64,000 bases of DNA from assembly GCA_965261735.1 (NCBI GenBank), contig OZ253470.1:4576001-4640000 (forward strand), read 5' to 3'. Numbering within the stretch: the first letter of the stretch is position 1; each line of letters starts with the position of its first letter. The notes below the pieces were generated by a model, which was not told the origin of the DNA, did not search any database, and worked only from the letters and a program-made list of their open reading frames with translations. This document shows, one piece after another, positions 53,668 to 63,723 of this stretch. Origin of the DNA: Alphaproteobacteria bacterium (GTDB lineage: Bacteria > Pseudomonadota > Alphaproteobacteria > SHVV01). Position numbers and translations under genes: made by a program.

Positions 53668-54759
53668 CTAGGCCTCTAGCTCAATCCCGTAGAGCGTCGC
53701 AACGTTGTCGGCCACCAGGCGCCGCCGTTCGCCTTCCGGCACGCCGGCGAGGATTTCCGTGTCGAGTCGATCGCGGATGTTAGGAAACGCGCACGGCGGA
53801 TGAGGAAAGTCCGAACCCCACAGCATGCGCCCGACGCCAATGTCATCGCGCAGCTTGGCGGCCATCGGGTCGTTGATGAAACCGACATGGACGTTGTCGT
53901 CGAGGTACCGCGCGGCGGGCTTTGCCAGCCGATGAAGCCCGGGAAACTTCTCGATCCGGTCGAGGCGGTAGCGCAGCATCGGTACCCATGATGCGTCGAA
54001 TTCAGACAGATAGACCTGCAGCTCTGGGAAGCGGTCGAAAATGCCGCCAAAGATGAACTCGTTGGCCACTACGGGGGCCGCCTCCGCGAAATAGCTGATG
54101 AAGGTCTTGGGCACGTTCTGGATATCCTCGGCAAAGCACGTGCTCGGATCGGGCACGCTGCCCGTGCCGGAATGAAGCGTGACCGGAAGGCTCTTCTCGG
54201 CGGCCGACCGCCAGATGGCGTCGTAGCGCGCGTCACGATAGGGCGCGGCGCCGTCGACCGGATTGACCGGCACCATCACGCCGCGCGCACCCTTGGCGGC
54301 TGTCCGCTCGAGCTCCGCCAGGGCCCAGCCGACATCGTCGACCGGCAGGAGCACGACGGCTATGAGGCGCCGCGTGTCGTGCGATGCATATTCGAGCATG
54401 TAGTCGTTGAACACGGAGGCGCAGGCTTGGCGCAGGTCGTCGTCGAGGATCCGTGGTGTCGTCATCGCGAAGGACGCGTTGAGTATCTCGGAGGCGATCC
54501 GCTCCGCCTCCATGATCCCGAGGCGTACCGCGGGATCGCGTCCGGCCGCCTGTAGGCGGGCGTAGCGTTCCTCCTGGTCGATATCGCGCGAGGTGCCGAG
54601 ACGCAGCACGTCGCGGCCGGTAAAGAAGTAGCTGCCGGGTTCGCCGGCGTAGCTATTGGCGAAATGCGGAACCCGATCGCCCCACTTCGGCCCGAGCGCG
54701 GCCGACCACAGGTCCACCGGCTCGAGGACATGGGAGTCCGCGGAGATGACGATGTCCAT
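53668..54759 (-). CDS. amidohydrolase family 2 protein
   Basis: ISADSHVLEP, LPVTLH, GIFDRFP and WGSDFPH. Confidence 0.9.
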   Translation of the reverse strand: MDIVISADSHVLEPVDLWSAALGPKWGDRVPHFANSYAGEPGSYFFTGRDVLRLGTSRDIDQEERYARLQAAGRDPAVRLGIMEAERIASEILNASFAMTTPRILDDDLRQACASVFNDYMLEYASHDTRRLIAVVLLPVDDVGWALAELERTAAKGARGVMVPVNPVDGAAPYRDARYDAIWRSAAEKSLPVTLHSGTGSVPDPSTCFAEDIQNVPKTFISYFAEAAPVVANEFIFGGIFDRFPELQVYLSEFDASWVPMLRYRLDRIEKFPGLHRLAKPAARYLDDNVHVGFINDPMAAKLRDDIGVGRMLWGSDFPHPPCAFPNIRDRLDTEILAGVPEGERRRLVADNVATLYGIELEA

Positions 54760-54787
54760 GGCGCTGCGGCGCCGGCTCGGGCGGCAG

Positions 54788-55801
54788 CTAGCTCGCCTCT
54801 TCGGCGAGCAGCGAAGCGACGATGCGGCGCGCCGAGAGGGGGCCCGCGTCGACCGGGATATTGACCATATCCGGGTCTCCACCAAGCCCGTCGATCATCG
54901 CTTGCTGCCCTTCGAGGATCGCGATGTCCTGACTGAGCAGATGAGTATTGGCCTCCTGCAATTGCTCGCTGACTTCTTCGTCGTGCCCGAAGTTTCGCGG
55001 ACTCGACCAGAAGTGGTAGGTGAAGCGCTCAGTCGCCGGCGTGATGCCGTTCAAGAAGTGATACATCAGCGCGTTTGTCTCTTCACCCTCGGCCGATCCG
55101 GTCGGCGCCGACCACGACAGGATGTTGATGTGCGAGGGTGGCATCCATTCAACCAGCTGCTTGCGGTCCATGTTGCCGTCCCAACCCATCCAGCGCTGGT
55201 GGTACAGCGGCGGCGGCACGTTCTTGAAGCGGCGCACGATACTGACGGTCTCGCCCTGGACGTCCGTCTTCAGCGGGACTTCGGCGGTATTCACAGACGG
55301 GCCGATCGTCTGCTGGTGGACGTAGTTGATATGTGACAAGTCGAGCAAGTTGTCGACCAGAAGCTGGTAGTGGCATCGGATATCGAGCCGTCCCTCCGAA
55401 GCGCTCCAGCCGGGGTCGTCGTTCCAATGAAAATTCGGAATCTTGGCTTCGTCGGCGCGCTCGCGATCGCCCATCCAAATCCACAGCCAACGCCACTTCT
55501 CGACCAGCGGATAGGTCGTCAGGTGGCACTGCGCTGGAATGTTTACCTGTCCCGGTAAAACCGTGCACGTCCCGGTGGCATCGAAACGAAGTCCGTGGTA
55601 GCCGCACTGCACCTCGTCCCCGATCAGCCTCCCCTGTGCGAGCGGCAAGCTACGATGGGGGCAGTTGCCCTGAAGCGCCACCGCTTGACCGGCCTCGGTC
55701 CGGTACAGAAGGACCGGTTTGTCCAAGATCCACCGGCCGAGCAATTCGCGCCCGACCTCGCTCGATAGCGCCGCGACGTACCAGTGATTTTTCAAGAACA
55801 T
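54788..55801 (-). CDS. Rieske monooxygenase, vanillate O-demethylase (VanA)-like
   Basis: MFLKNHWYVAA, CPHRS...CGYHG and DNLLDLSHINYVH. Confidence 0.9.
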   Translation of the reverse strand: MFLKNHWYVAALSSEVGRELLGRWILDKPVLLYRTEAGQAVALQGNCPHRSLPLAQGRLIGDEVQCGYHGLRFDATGTCTVLPGQVNIPAQCHLTTYPLVEKWRWLWIWMGDRERADEAKIPNFHWNDDPGWSASEGRLDIRCHYQLLVDNLLDLSHINYVHQQTIGPSVNTAEVPLKTDVQGETVSIVRRFKNVPPPLYHQRWMGWDGNMDRKQLVEWMPPSHINILSWSAPTGSAEGEETNALMYHFLNGITPATERFTYHFWSSPRNFGHDEEVSEQLQEANTHLLSQDIAILEGQQAMIDGLGGDPDMVNIPVDAGPLSARRIVASLLAEEAS

Positions 55802-55973
55802 CTCTTCGATCCGCTCGGTTGTTGTCGACTCGGGACTCCGCCGGGTGGCGCCTCCGTTGGCGTGGAAACGCTATCACGAGCGGCCATCACGGTCGCGTAC
55901 GATCAGAGTTCCATGCGATGGTACCCGCGTTTCCGGCAGGCGGCAGCGAGAACGGGTTCGCGGAGCGCAATCC

Positions 55974-57470
55974 ATGTGGCGGCCACCCGAGCGAATCAGA
56001 TGGACGCCCGAGGCCGGCCCCTGGCCGAGCGCGGAGGAGGCGGCCGCATCGCACCTGTTCAGTCCCGTTAGCATCGGTCCCACTAGGCTCGAAGCGCGAA
56101 CGTGGGTGCCGGCCATGGTGCCGTGGCGGGCGACGGAAGACGGCTTCGTTACGCCCGCCATCGTCGACTGGTACGAGCGCTTCGCGCGCGGCCGCCCGGG
56201 TGCCATCGTCGTCGAGGCGACCGGCATTCGCGACATCCCGAGCGGGCCGCTGCTTCGAATCGGTGACGACCGCTTCATACCCGGCCTCAAGAGCCTCGTT
56301 GAGGCGGTGCGGCGCGCGAGCGGAGGCCACACGCGCCTCCTCATTCAGGTCATCGACTTCCTCACCGTGCGACGCCGTCCCGAGCCGGCCAAGTATTTTG
56401 GCCGTTTTCTCGAGGTCACCGATCGCCACCGCCGAGCCCTGGGTGCCGAGGGATGGCCCGACGAGGCGGTTCGCGGGCGCCTGGTGCAGCTTAGTGCGGA
56501 CGAGCTCGACGACATCCTAGACACGCGCGAGCTCGAGTCGCTCCGCCTCGGCTACCGCGAGCGCGTCACCGATACCCACCTGCCCCATATCCGCGACTTG
56601 CCGAGGGTCCTGCCGGATCTGTTCGCCGGCGCGGCGCGGCGCGCCCGCGAGGCCGGGTTCGACGGCGTCGAGCTACACTACGCGCACGCCTACACGATGG
56701 CGTCGTTTCTGTCGGCGCTCAACGACCGCGACGACGGCTACGGCGGGCCGCGCGAGAACCGGGTTCGCCTGGCGCTGGAAGTGCTCACTCGGGTGCGCCC
56801 CGAGGTCGGCGATGATTTTGCGCTCGGTTGCCGGTTCCTGACCGAGGACTGCATCCCCAGCGGGGGCACGACCGAGGACGCCGTGTTCTTTGGTACAGCT
56901 TTCGCGCGCGCCGGCATGAACTTCCTGTCCCTCTCGCGCGGCGGCAAGTTCGAGGATGCCAAGCAGCCGGCGGTCGGTCACGCCGTGTACCCCTACACCG
57001 GCCCGAGCGGCTACGAGTGCATGCCGCAGTTCATCTCCGACCGGCGCGGCCCGTTCGGCCGCAACGTCGAGGCGGTCGCGCGGGTGCGCGCCGCGGTGCG
57101 CGGGGCCGGCTTGGCGACGCCGGTCATCGTCACCGGCGGTATCCACGGATTCCGCCAGGCCGAGCAGATCCTCGCGCGCGGGCAGGCCGACATCATCGGG
57201 CTCGCCCGACAAAGCCTGGCCGACCCCGACTGGTTCCGTAAGGTGCGGCTCGGGCGCGGCGACGAGGTGCGGGTGTGCGAGTACACGAACTACTGCGAGG
57301 CCCTCGACCAGAAGCACGTGCCGGTGACCTGTAAGCTGTGGGACCGGGTCGGTAGGGAGGAGCCCGGCATTCGCACGACGCCGGACGGCAGGCGGCGTCT
57401 CGTGGCGCCGCGCTGGGATCCCGGCCAATCAAGCCAGTCGTATCCATCAACACGAAACGGGAGATCATGA
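55974..57470 (+). CDS. NADH:flavin oxidoreductase (old yellow enzyme-like)
   Basis: VPAMVPWR, IVVEAT, AGFDGVELHYAHAY, DGYGG.RENR and ARQSLADPDW. Confidence 0.88.
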   Translation: MWRPPERIRWTPEAGPWPSAEEAAASHLFSPVSIGPTRLEARTWVPAMVPWRATEDGFVTPAIVDWYERFARGRPGAIVVEATGIRDIPSGPLLRIGDDRFIPGLKSLVEAVRRASGGHTRLLIQVIDFLTVRRRPEPAKYFGRFLEVTDRHRRALGAEGWPDEAVRGRLVQLSADELDDILDTRELESLRLGYRERVTDTHLPHIRDLPRVLPDLFAGAARRAREAGFDGVELHYAHAYTMASFLSALNDRDDGYGGPRENRVRLALEVLTRVRPEVGDDFALGCRFLTEDCIPSGGTTEDAVFFGTAFARAGMNFLSLSRGGKFEDAKQPAVGHAVYPYTGPSGYECMPQFISDRRGPFGRNVEAVARVRAAVRGAGLATPVIVTGGIHGFRQAEQILARGQADIIGLARQSLADPDWFRKVRLGRGDEVRVCEYTNYCEALDQKHVPVTCKLWDRVGREEPGIRTTPDGRRRLVAPRWDPGQSSQSYPSTRNGRS

Positions 57471-57862
57471 TGTTGAAGCGACATAATCCGGAGACCATCG
57501 CCGAGGCCTATGGCAGGGGCTACAGCCAAGCCCTCGAAATCGCGCCAGGTGCGCGCTGGCTGTTCACGGCCGGGCAAGTCGGCGCACGTCCCGATGGCAC
57601 CACCGCAGACGGTTTCGCCGCACAGGCGGACCAGGTGTGGGCCAATATCATGGCGCTCCTCGATGAGGCCGACATGGGGCCTGCGGACATCGTCAAGATC
57701 ACCGGCTTTATCGTCGGCAAGGAGAACTTCCCGGCTTACGCGGCCGCCCGAAAGAAGGTGCTCGGGGATTTGCGCCCGGCATCCACCGCCATCATCGTGC
57801 CGGCGCTGGCGTTGCCCGAGTGGCTCGTCGAAATCGAGGCCGTCGCCGCCAAAGCACCTTGA
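57467..57862 (+). CDS. RidA/YjgF family protein
   Basis: YSQA, AGQVG, RPAST and LVEIEAVA. Confidence 0.92.
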   Translation: MMLKRHNPETIAEAYGRGYSQALEIAPGARWLFTAGQVGARPDGTTADGFAAQADQVWANIMALLDEADMGPADIVKITGFIVGKENFPAYAAARKKVLGDLRPASTAIIVPALALPEWLVEIEAVAAKAP

Positions 57863-57929
57863 GGGGCGCCATAAGCGTGTAAAATACCGGTGGAGCCGGT
57901 GCGCTCCTCGGCCAGAAACGGAGGTGGGC

Positions 57930-58970
57930 ATGGAGTACGCGGTTTTCTTCAACATCCAGTGCCGCGAGGAGCAGGACTACAACGCGCTCTATCGGAATCG
58001 GCTCGAGGAGTGCGTGTGGGCGGAGAAGCTCGGTTTCGGCGCTTTGTTCGTTGCCGAGCATGCGTTTTGCGAGCACGGCCGGCCCTCACCCGCCGTGACG
58101 CTGGCTCACGTTGCCGCGCGGACCAGCCGTATTCGGCTGGGAACCGCGGTGTGCGTACTGCCCTGGCACAATCCGCTGGAGGTCGCACAGGATTACGCGA
58201 CGCTCGATATCATGTCGGAGGGTCGGCTCGACTTCGGCGTCGGCAGGGGGGCCTTCAAGGTCGAGTTCGACGGCTACGGCTTGGACTGGGAGGACTCACG
58301 GCCGCGCTACGAGGAGGCCCTGGAAATCATCCTCAAGGCGTGGACGGGAGAGCCGTTCTCCTACGACGGCCAGTTCTTCAAAATACCCGAGGTGGCGGTC
58401 AATCCGGTGCCGGTTCAACGCCCACACCCGCCGCTATGGTCGCCGACGCTTACCGCCGAGACGATGGCCCTCGCCGTCGCCCAGGGCATCACGCCCATGG
58501 TCGGCGCCTCGTTCAGTCCGCTCGAACTCGTCAAGAAGAATTTCGGCCACCTGAAGGACGCCATGACGGCCTCGAGCCGCAACGACATGCGTCGCGTCGG
58601 GCACCCGCTTATCTTCCTCAGTGACACCGTTGACAAGGCCCGGGAGGAGGCGAGAGAGAGCGTCGAGTGGCTCGTCCAGGACTTCGCCAACATGTTCACG
58701 CTTCCCGAGGGAGAGGCATATCCGGCAAAGTTCGCGTTCCAGGAGAAGATGGCCGCGCGCATCCGCTCGCTCACGTTCGAGAAGATCGTGAGCGAGGATC
58801 TCATGTGGATCGGAGATGTGGCCTACATCACGGACCGTCTGCGCTGGCTGCGCGACGACTGCGGGGCGAACTACTTCCTCTCGAACATGAGCCCAGGCGG
58901 CCTCGAGCACGAGAAGGTCATGAAGTCGATGGAGCTGTTGTCGACGAAAGTGATGCCGCAGCTGTCCTAG
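57930..58970 (+). CDS. luciferase-like (LLM class) flavin-dependent oxidoreductase
   Basis: AEKLGF, AEH, TSRIRLGTAV, GRLDFGVGRG and PVQRPHPPLW. Confidence 0.92.
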   Translation: MEYAVFFNIQCREEQDYNALYRNRLEECVWAEKLGFGALFVAEHAFCEHGRPSPAVTLAHVAARTSRIRLGTAVCVLPWHNPLEVAQDYATLDIMSEGRLDFGVGRGAFKVEFDGYGLDWEDSRPRYEEALEIILKAWTGEPFSYDGQFFKIPEVAVNPVPVQRPHPPLWSPTLTAETMALAVAQGITPMVGASFSPLELVKKNFGHLKDAMTASSRNDMRRVGHPLIFLSDTVDKAREEARESVEWLVQDFANMFTLPEGEAYPAKFAFQEKMAARIRSLTFEKIVSEDLMWIGDVAYITDRLRWLRDDCGANYFLSNMSPGGLEHEKVMKSMELLSTKVMPQLS

Positions 58971-60118
58971 TGGATTGATCGGAACGAAAGAGTCCGATTT
59001 GAGATTCCGTATTGTGCGGTGTCATGCGAGTCTGTGCTATGCGCACCGGCATCCATTTTACTGTCACGTCTGGCGACCGTCAGCGATTGCAAGCTATCGT
59101 CGCGGACCCGAAGAGCTCGCAGAAACATGTCTGGCGGGCGCGGATCATCCTGAAGAGCGACGAGGGGCTCGGGAACTCGTCGATCATGGCCGAGACCGGC
59201 AAGTCCAAGACCTGTGTCTGGCGCTGGCAGGAGCGGTTCATGCACGAGGGTGTCAACGGCTTGCTTCGCGACAGGTCCCGTCCGCCTGGCAAAGCGCCGA
59301 TCCCGCCGGAGCGCGTCGCCGAGATCGTCCGCCTGACCCAGCAAGCGCCGCCGCACGAGGCGACCCACTGGACGCTGCGCGCGATGGCGAAGGTTGCTGG
59401 CGTCGCGGCGTCGACGGTCCAAGCGATCTGGAAGGCCCATGGCCTCAGCCCGCACCGCTGGCGGCACTTCAAGCTCTCCAATGATCCCGCCTTCGCCGAG
59501 AAGCTCACAGATATCGTCGGCTTGTATGTCGATCCGCCGGCCCATGCCGTGGTGCTGTCGGTTGATGAGAAATCACAGATCCAGGCGCTCGACCGCACCC
59601 AACCCGGCTTGCCGATGAAGAAGGGCCGCGCCGGTACGATGACCTATGATTACAAACGGCATGGCACGACGACGCTGTTCGCCGCGCTCAACGTGCTGGA
59701 CGGTACGGTCATCGCACAGAACATGCAGCGCCACCGCCATCAGGAGTTCATCCGCTTCCTCAACCGCATCGAGCGCGAGGTGCCGACGGACAAGGCCGTC
59801 CACGTCATCCTCGACAACTACGCCGCGCACAAGAAGGACAAGGTCCGCGCCTGGCTCGCCCGCCATCCACGCTGGACCTTCCACTTCACGCCAACCTCGT
59901 GCTCGTGGCTCAATGCCGTCGAGGGCTTCTTCGCCAAACTAACGCGGCGCAGGCTCAAATACGGCGTCTTCCAATCCGTCGTCGACCTTCAGGACGCCAT
60001 CAACCGATTTGTCCGCGAATACAATGACGCAAACCCAAAACCCTTCATCTGGAAAGCCGACCCCGATCATATCATCGCCGCACGAAACAGAGGGTTCCAA
60101 ACGTTGGAATCAATCCAC
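58970..60118 (+). mobile_element. IS630-family element
   Basis: TIRs GTGGATTGATCGGAACG / CGTTGGAATCAATCCAC; TA duplication at 58968-58969 and 60119-60120 within CTAG. Confidence 0.9.
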
Positions 60119-60121
60119 TAG
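59039..60121 (+). CDS. IS630-family transposase
   Basis: VDEKSQIQAL, YKRHGT, ILDNYAAHK and SWLNAVE. Confidence 0.95.
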   Translation: MRTGIHFTVTSGDRQRLQAIVADPKSSQKHVWRARIILKSDEGLGNSSIMAETGKSKTCVWRWQERFMHEGVNGLLRDRSRPPGKAPIPPERVAEIVRLTQQAPPHEATHWTLRAMAKVAGVAASTVQAIWKAHGLSPHRWRHFKLSNDPAFAEKLTDIVGLYVDPPAHAVVLSVDEKSQIQALDRTQPGLPMKKGRAGTMTYDYKRHGTTTLFAALNVLDGTVIAQNMQRHRHQEFIRFLNRIEREVPTDKAVHVILDNYAAHKKDKVRAWLARHPRWTFHFTPTSCSWLNAVEGFFAKLTRRRLKYGVFQSVVDLQDAINRFVREYNDANPKPFIWKADPDHIIAARNRGFQTLESIH

Positions 60122-61050
60122 CGGCTCGCTAGGGCCGGTCGGCCTTCAGTAGTTGGAGCCGTTCAGCGCCTCCCACACGAGCCGGTCGAAGTGGTGGGTG
60201 CCGTGCTCGCTCACCGATGAGCGGACCGCATCGACCATGAGCCGTCCCTGGCTATAGCCGCGTGCCTTGAGCCCGGCCGCCTGTCCCTCCATCGCCGCCA
60301 CGTCCTGCGGCCACACCACGTCCCGATACTGGTTCATATGCGCCAGGTCGTGCTCGGTCGGCGGATCGTTGAGGCAATAGTTGTAGATCAGCCGATAGGC
60401 GTGCTCGGGCCCATCGGGGACGGCGCGCAGGACCTTGAAGTTGCTTGGTCCCTGGTGGGTGACGAACACCAGGTTCGGCCAAAGGTAATAGACGTTGATG
60501 TCCATGACCGTCGCCGGGCCCACGTCGTAGGGCAGCTTGTGGCGCATGGTCTCGATGACCTTGCGATTGCCGTAGGATGTGTGCTTCTGCCAGTAGTCAT
60601 ACTCCTGCCCCACGAAGCGGCGCTCGATGAACTCGTCGGCGCCGACCTTGTTTTGCGGGTGGATGACGGGGCAGTGGTAGCACTCCAGGCCATCGAGGAT
60701 CGATTTCCAGTTGGCGCGTACCGCCATCGTGTCGAGCCGCGCGAGCTTGAGCGACTCGTAGTCCGGCACTGAGGCGAGAATGTCGTCTTCGAGCCCGGGG
60801 ACGAGGTCGGCGAGCGGCGTTGCCTCCGGATCGAGGTTGACGAACACCATCCTGGCCAAGATTTCGACCTGGATTTCCGCGAGGCTGAAATCCTCCAAGC
60901 TGAAGCCGGCCACGTTCTCGGCGTTGCCGGCCGCCCTGAGCGCTCCCGTAGCGTCGTACGACCAGGCGTGGAAGGGGCAGGTGAAGATGGTCTTGTTGCC
61001 CTTACCCTCGGTGAGGATGTGCCCGCGGTGCATGCAAACGTTGTAGAAGG

Positions 61051-62155
61051 CTTGCCTGTCCGGTTTACACCCACACCCACTAGGGCTAGAATGGGCGCAA
61101 CCCGGATATAGGGGAGCGCGCCATGGATGTTCTCGACCGCGCCGATCTCCCATTCCCGCATTCGCTACCCGAGTTCCAGCGACTTTTCCCCGATGATGCG
61201 GCCTGCGCCGCCTACCTGGAGAAAGCCCGCTGGGGAGACGGCTTTGCCTGCCCGCACTGCGGCACGGCGGGAGAGCCGTTCCACTTTGAAAACCGCCCTG
61301 GCGTCCTGCGCTGCCGCAAGTGCCGCCAGAACACCGGGCTGACGGTGGGAACAGTGATGGAGCGTAGCCACACTCCGCTGAACGTCTGGTTCTGGGCCGC
61401 TTATCTGGTCGCCAGTCAGACGCCCGGCATGTCCGCCGTGCAGTTTCAGCGGCAACTTGGTCTTTCGCGCTACGAGACGGCCTTTCAAATTCTCCACAAG
61501 CTCCGCTCGGGCATGGTGCGGCCCAACCAAGACAGGATCGGTGGACAGCCCAAGAACCATGTTGAGGTGGACGAAACCTGGGTTGGCGGGCGAACGCGTG
61601 GGGAAGGCCGTGGTGTTCACCACAAGGTTCCCGTCTCCTGTGCCATCGAAGTGCGTCATCGAAAGCCGGGCACCAAGCTCGACAACCGGAAAGACGGACG
61701 CTATGCCGGACGCGTTCGGCTCGCCGTCGTGCTCGACCGTAGCGCCGAGTCGCTCTGTGGGTTCGTCGAGAGCACCGTCGCGCCGCGATCGCTGATCGTT
61801 ACTGACGATTGGAGCGGCTATGCTGGCCTCGGTAAGCGCGGCTATGAGCACTTCGCTGTTGCCGAGTGTGGTGATCCAGAGGTTGCCGAGCAATACCTGC
61901 CGATCATCCATCTGGTTTTCGCCAACCTGAAGACGTGGCTGATCGGTATCCACCACGGCGTTAGCCACCAGCACCTACAAGCCTACCTCAACGAGTTCAC
62001 CTTCCGCTTCAACAGGCGGTTCTACCCGTTCAACGCCTTCCGCTCATTGCTCGGCATCGCGGGCGACACCTCTGCTCCAACCTATGCCGAGCTTTACTCG
62101 GGAGAGTGGCGGCACCCTACATGTAGCGGTCATGGGTGTTAACCGGATAGGAAAG
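61051..62155 (+). mobile_element. IS1595-family element, copy 2, 1105 bp
   Basis: Near-identical to 8639..9743; 8-bp TSD GTAGAAGG at 61043-61050 and 62156-62163. Confidence 0.94.
61123..62142 (+). CDS. IS1595-family transposase
   Basis: 339 aa; three amino-acid differences from copy 1. Confidence 0.95.
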   Translation: MDVLDRADLPFPHSLPEFQRLFPDDAACAAYLEKARWGDGFACPHCGTAGEPFHFENRPGVLRCRKCRQNTGLTVGTVMERSHTPLNVWFWAAYLVASQTPGMSAVQFQRQLGLSRYETAFQILHKLRSGMVRPNQDRIGGQPKNHVEVDETWVGGRTRGEGRGVHHKVPVSCAIEVRHRKPGTKLDNRKDGRYAGRVRLAVVLDRSAESLCGFVESTVAPRSLIVTDDWSGYAGLGKRGYEHFAVAECGDPEVAEQYLPIIHLVFANLKTWLIGIHHGVSHQHLQAYLNEFTFRFNRRFYPFNAFRSLLGIAGDTSAPTYAELYSGEWRHPTCSGHGC

Positions 62156-62420
62156 GTAGAAGGCTCGAACCCGCCCGTCCTTGCCGTGCACCACGAAGAC
62201 CTTCTGGTCGAGGATTTCGGCGGTGAAGTAATCGCCCGGTGAGGCCAGGTCGCTGACGTGGCCGACGAACTGCCAGGTCCTGAACCAGATCGCCTCTTTC
62301 TCGCACTCGTAGATCTCCGGGTCCCAATAGAGGTAGCTCGGCAACGTGCCCGAGAGCTCAGCTTCGGGCCGGAACGCGGTCTTCGAAAGCGTCTCCGTCG
62401 GGGTCATGTTCGGCTTTCCC

Positions 62421-63575
62421 TTACGCGGCCTCGTACTCGGGGCCGTTCAACGCCAGCCAAACCAGATTGTCGAAATGGTGCGTGCCATGCTCGCTGCGCC
62501 ACGAGCGCTCAGCATCGACCATCAAGCGGCCGCCGCCATAGCCGCGCGAGCGTACGCCGGCAGCCTGCAACTCCATAGCGCGTTTGTCCTGCGGAAAGAC
62601 GATGTCGCAATAGTTGTCGATGTTGGCACGGTCGTAAGCGCTCGGCGGGTTCTGCAGGCAGAAGCTGCGAATGTGCCTAACGGACGTCTCAGGTCCCACG
62701 GTCGTGGCGTGCAAGATCTTGAGATTGGTGGGTCCCTGGTGCGCCACGAAGATGAGATTAGGCCACAGGAACCAGATGTTGACGTCCTTGAGCGTCGCCG
62801 GACCGAAATCGTAGGGCAGCTTGTCCCGGTTCTTTTCGATTACCTCGTAATTGCCGACCACGACGTCGAGCATCCAGTACTCGTGCTCAGTGGTTTCGAA
62901 GGAGTTCGTGAGGTAGGAATCCTCCTTCCCCATCGCCTGCGGATGGATGACGGGGCAGTGGTAGCACTCGAGGCCGTCGAGGATGAACTTCCAGTTGGCG
63001 GCGACGTCGAAGGTCGTCGTTTCGACGTACACAAGGTCGTCGAAGCCCGGGATTCTCTCGCGCATGTTGTCGAGCATTCCGTCCGCCATATCCGCGAGCG
63101 GCCGCGCCTGCGCATCAAGGTTGACGAACACCATCCAACCCAGCGTCTCGACCCGGATTTCCGCGAGATGGAAATCCTCGTGCTGAAAGCCGGCGACGTT
63201 TTCGGCGTTGCCCGCTGCCTTCAAGGCGCCGGTCGTGTCGTAGGACCAGGCGTGGAAGGGGCAAGTGAAGATCCTCTTGTTGCCGCAGGCCTCGGCCAGG
63301 ATGTGCCCGCGGTGCATGCACACGTTGTAGAAGGCGCGCAAGCTCCCATCCTTGGCGCGGACGACCAGGATCGGCTGATCGATGAGCGTCGTCGTAATGA
63401 AGTCGCCGGGATTTTGCAGGTCGCCAAGATGGCCCGCATACTGCCAGGTCTTGAACCAGATTTGTTCATTCTCGCGCCGCCATATCTCGGGGTCGAAGTA
63501 GTAATGCGCGGGCAGCGTCCCCGAAACGTCGGCGTTGGCGGTAAAGTGGGCAATGGGATTGGCGCGCGCTGGCAT
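62421..63575 (-). CDS. Rieske oxygenase alpha subunit, CntA/YeaW (carnitine monooxygenase)-like
   Basis: CMHRGH...CPFHAW; ANWK...ECYHC..IH with a bridging Glu; SEHGTHHF. Confidence 0.88.
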   Translation of the reverse strand: MPARANPIAHFTANADVSGTLPAHYYFDPEIWRRENEQIWFKTWQYAGHLGDLQNPGDFITTTLIDQPILVVRAKDGSLRAFYNVCMHRGHILAEACGNKRIFTCPFHAWSYDTTGALKAAGNAENVAGFQHEDFHLAEIRVETLGWMVFVNLDAQARPLADMADGMLDNMRERIPGFDDLVYVETTTFDVAANWKFILDGLECYHCPVIHPQAMGKEDSYLTNSFETTEHEYWMLDVVVGNYEVIEKNRDKLPYDFGPATLKDVNIWFLWPNLIFVAHQGPTNLKILHATTVGPETSVRHIRSFCLQNPPSAYDRANIDNYCDIVFPQDKRAMELQAAGVRSRGYGGGRLMVDAERSWRSEHGTHHFDNLVWLALNGPEYEAA

Positions 63576-63723
63576 GGGCGTCCCTCCGGCGTGATGGAAG
63601 CATTGTGGGCTGCCCGGCCCGAGCGGTCAACGAATCGCGCTCGCTGGACCATGCCCGTGTGGCCGGTGTCAAGGGGCGCGACTACTATGGGGCAACGCTG
63701 CGGTCCAATCAGGCGGGACGGAG

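Larger units (their letters stand above)
60146..62407 (-). pseudogene. CntA/YeaW-like Rieske oxygenase interrupted by IS1595 copy 2
   Basis: N-terminus ...DGRVRAFY (62407-62156) rejoins NVCMHRGH...CPFHAW...ECYHCPVIH after removal of the IS. Confidence 0.92.
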
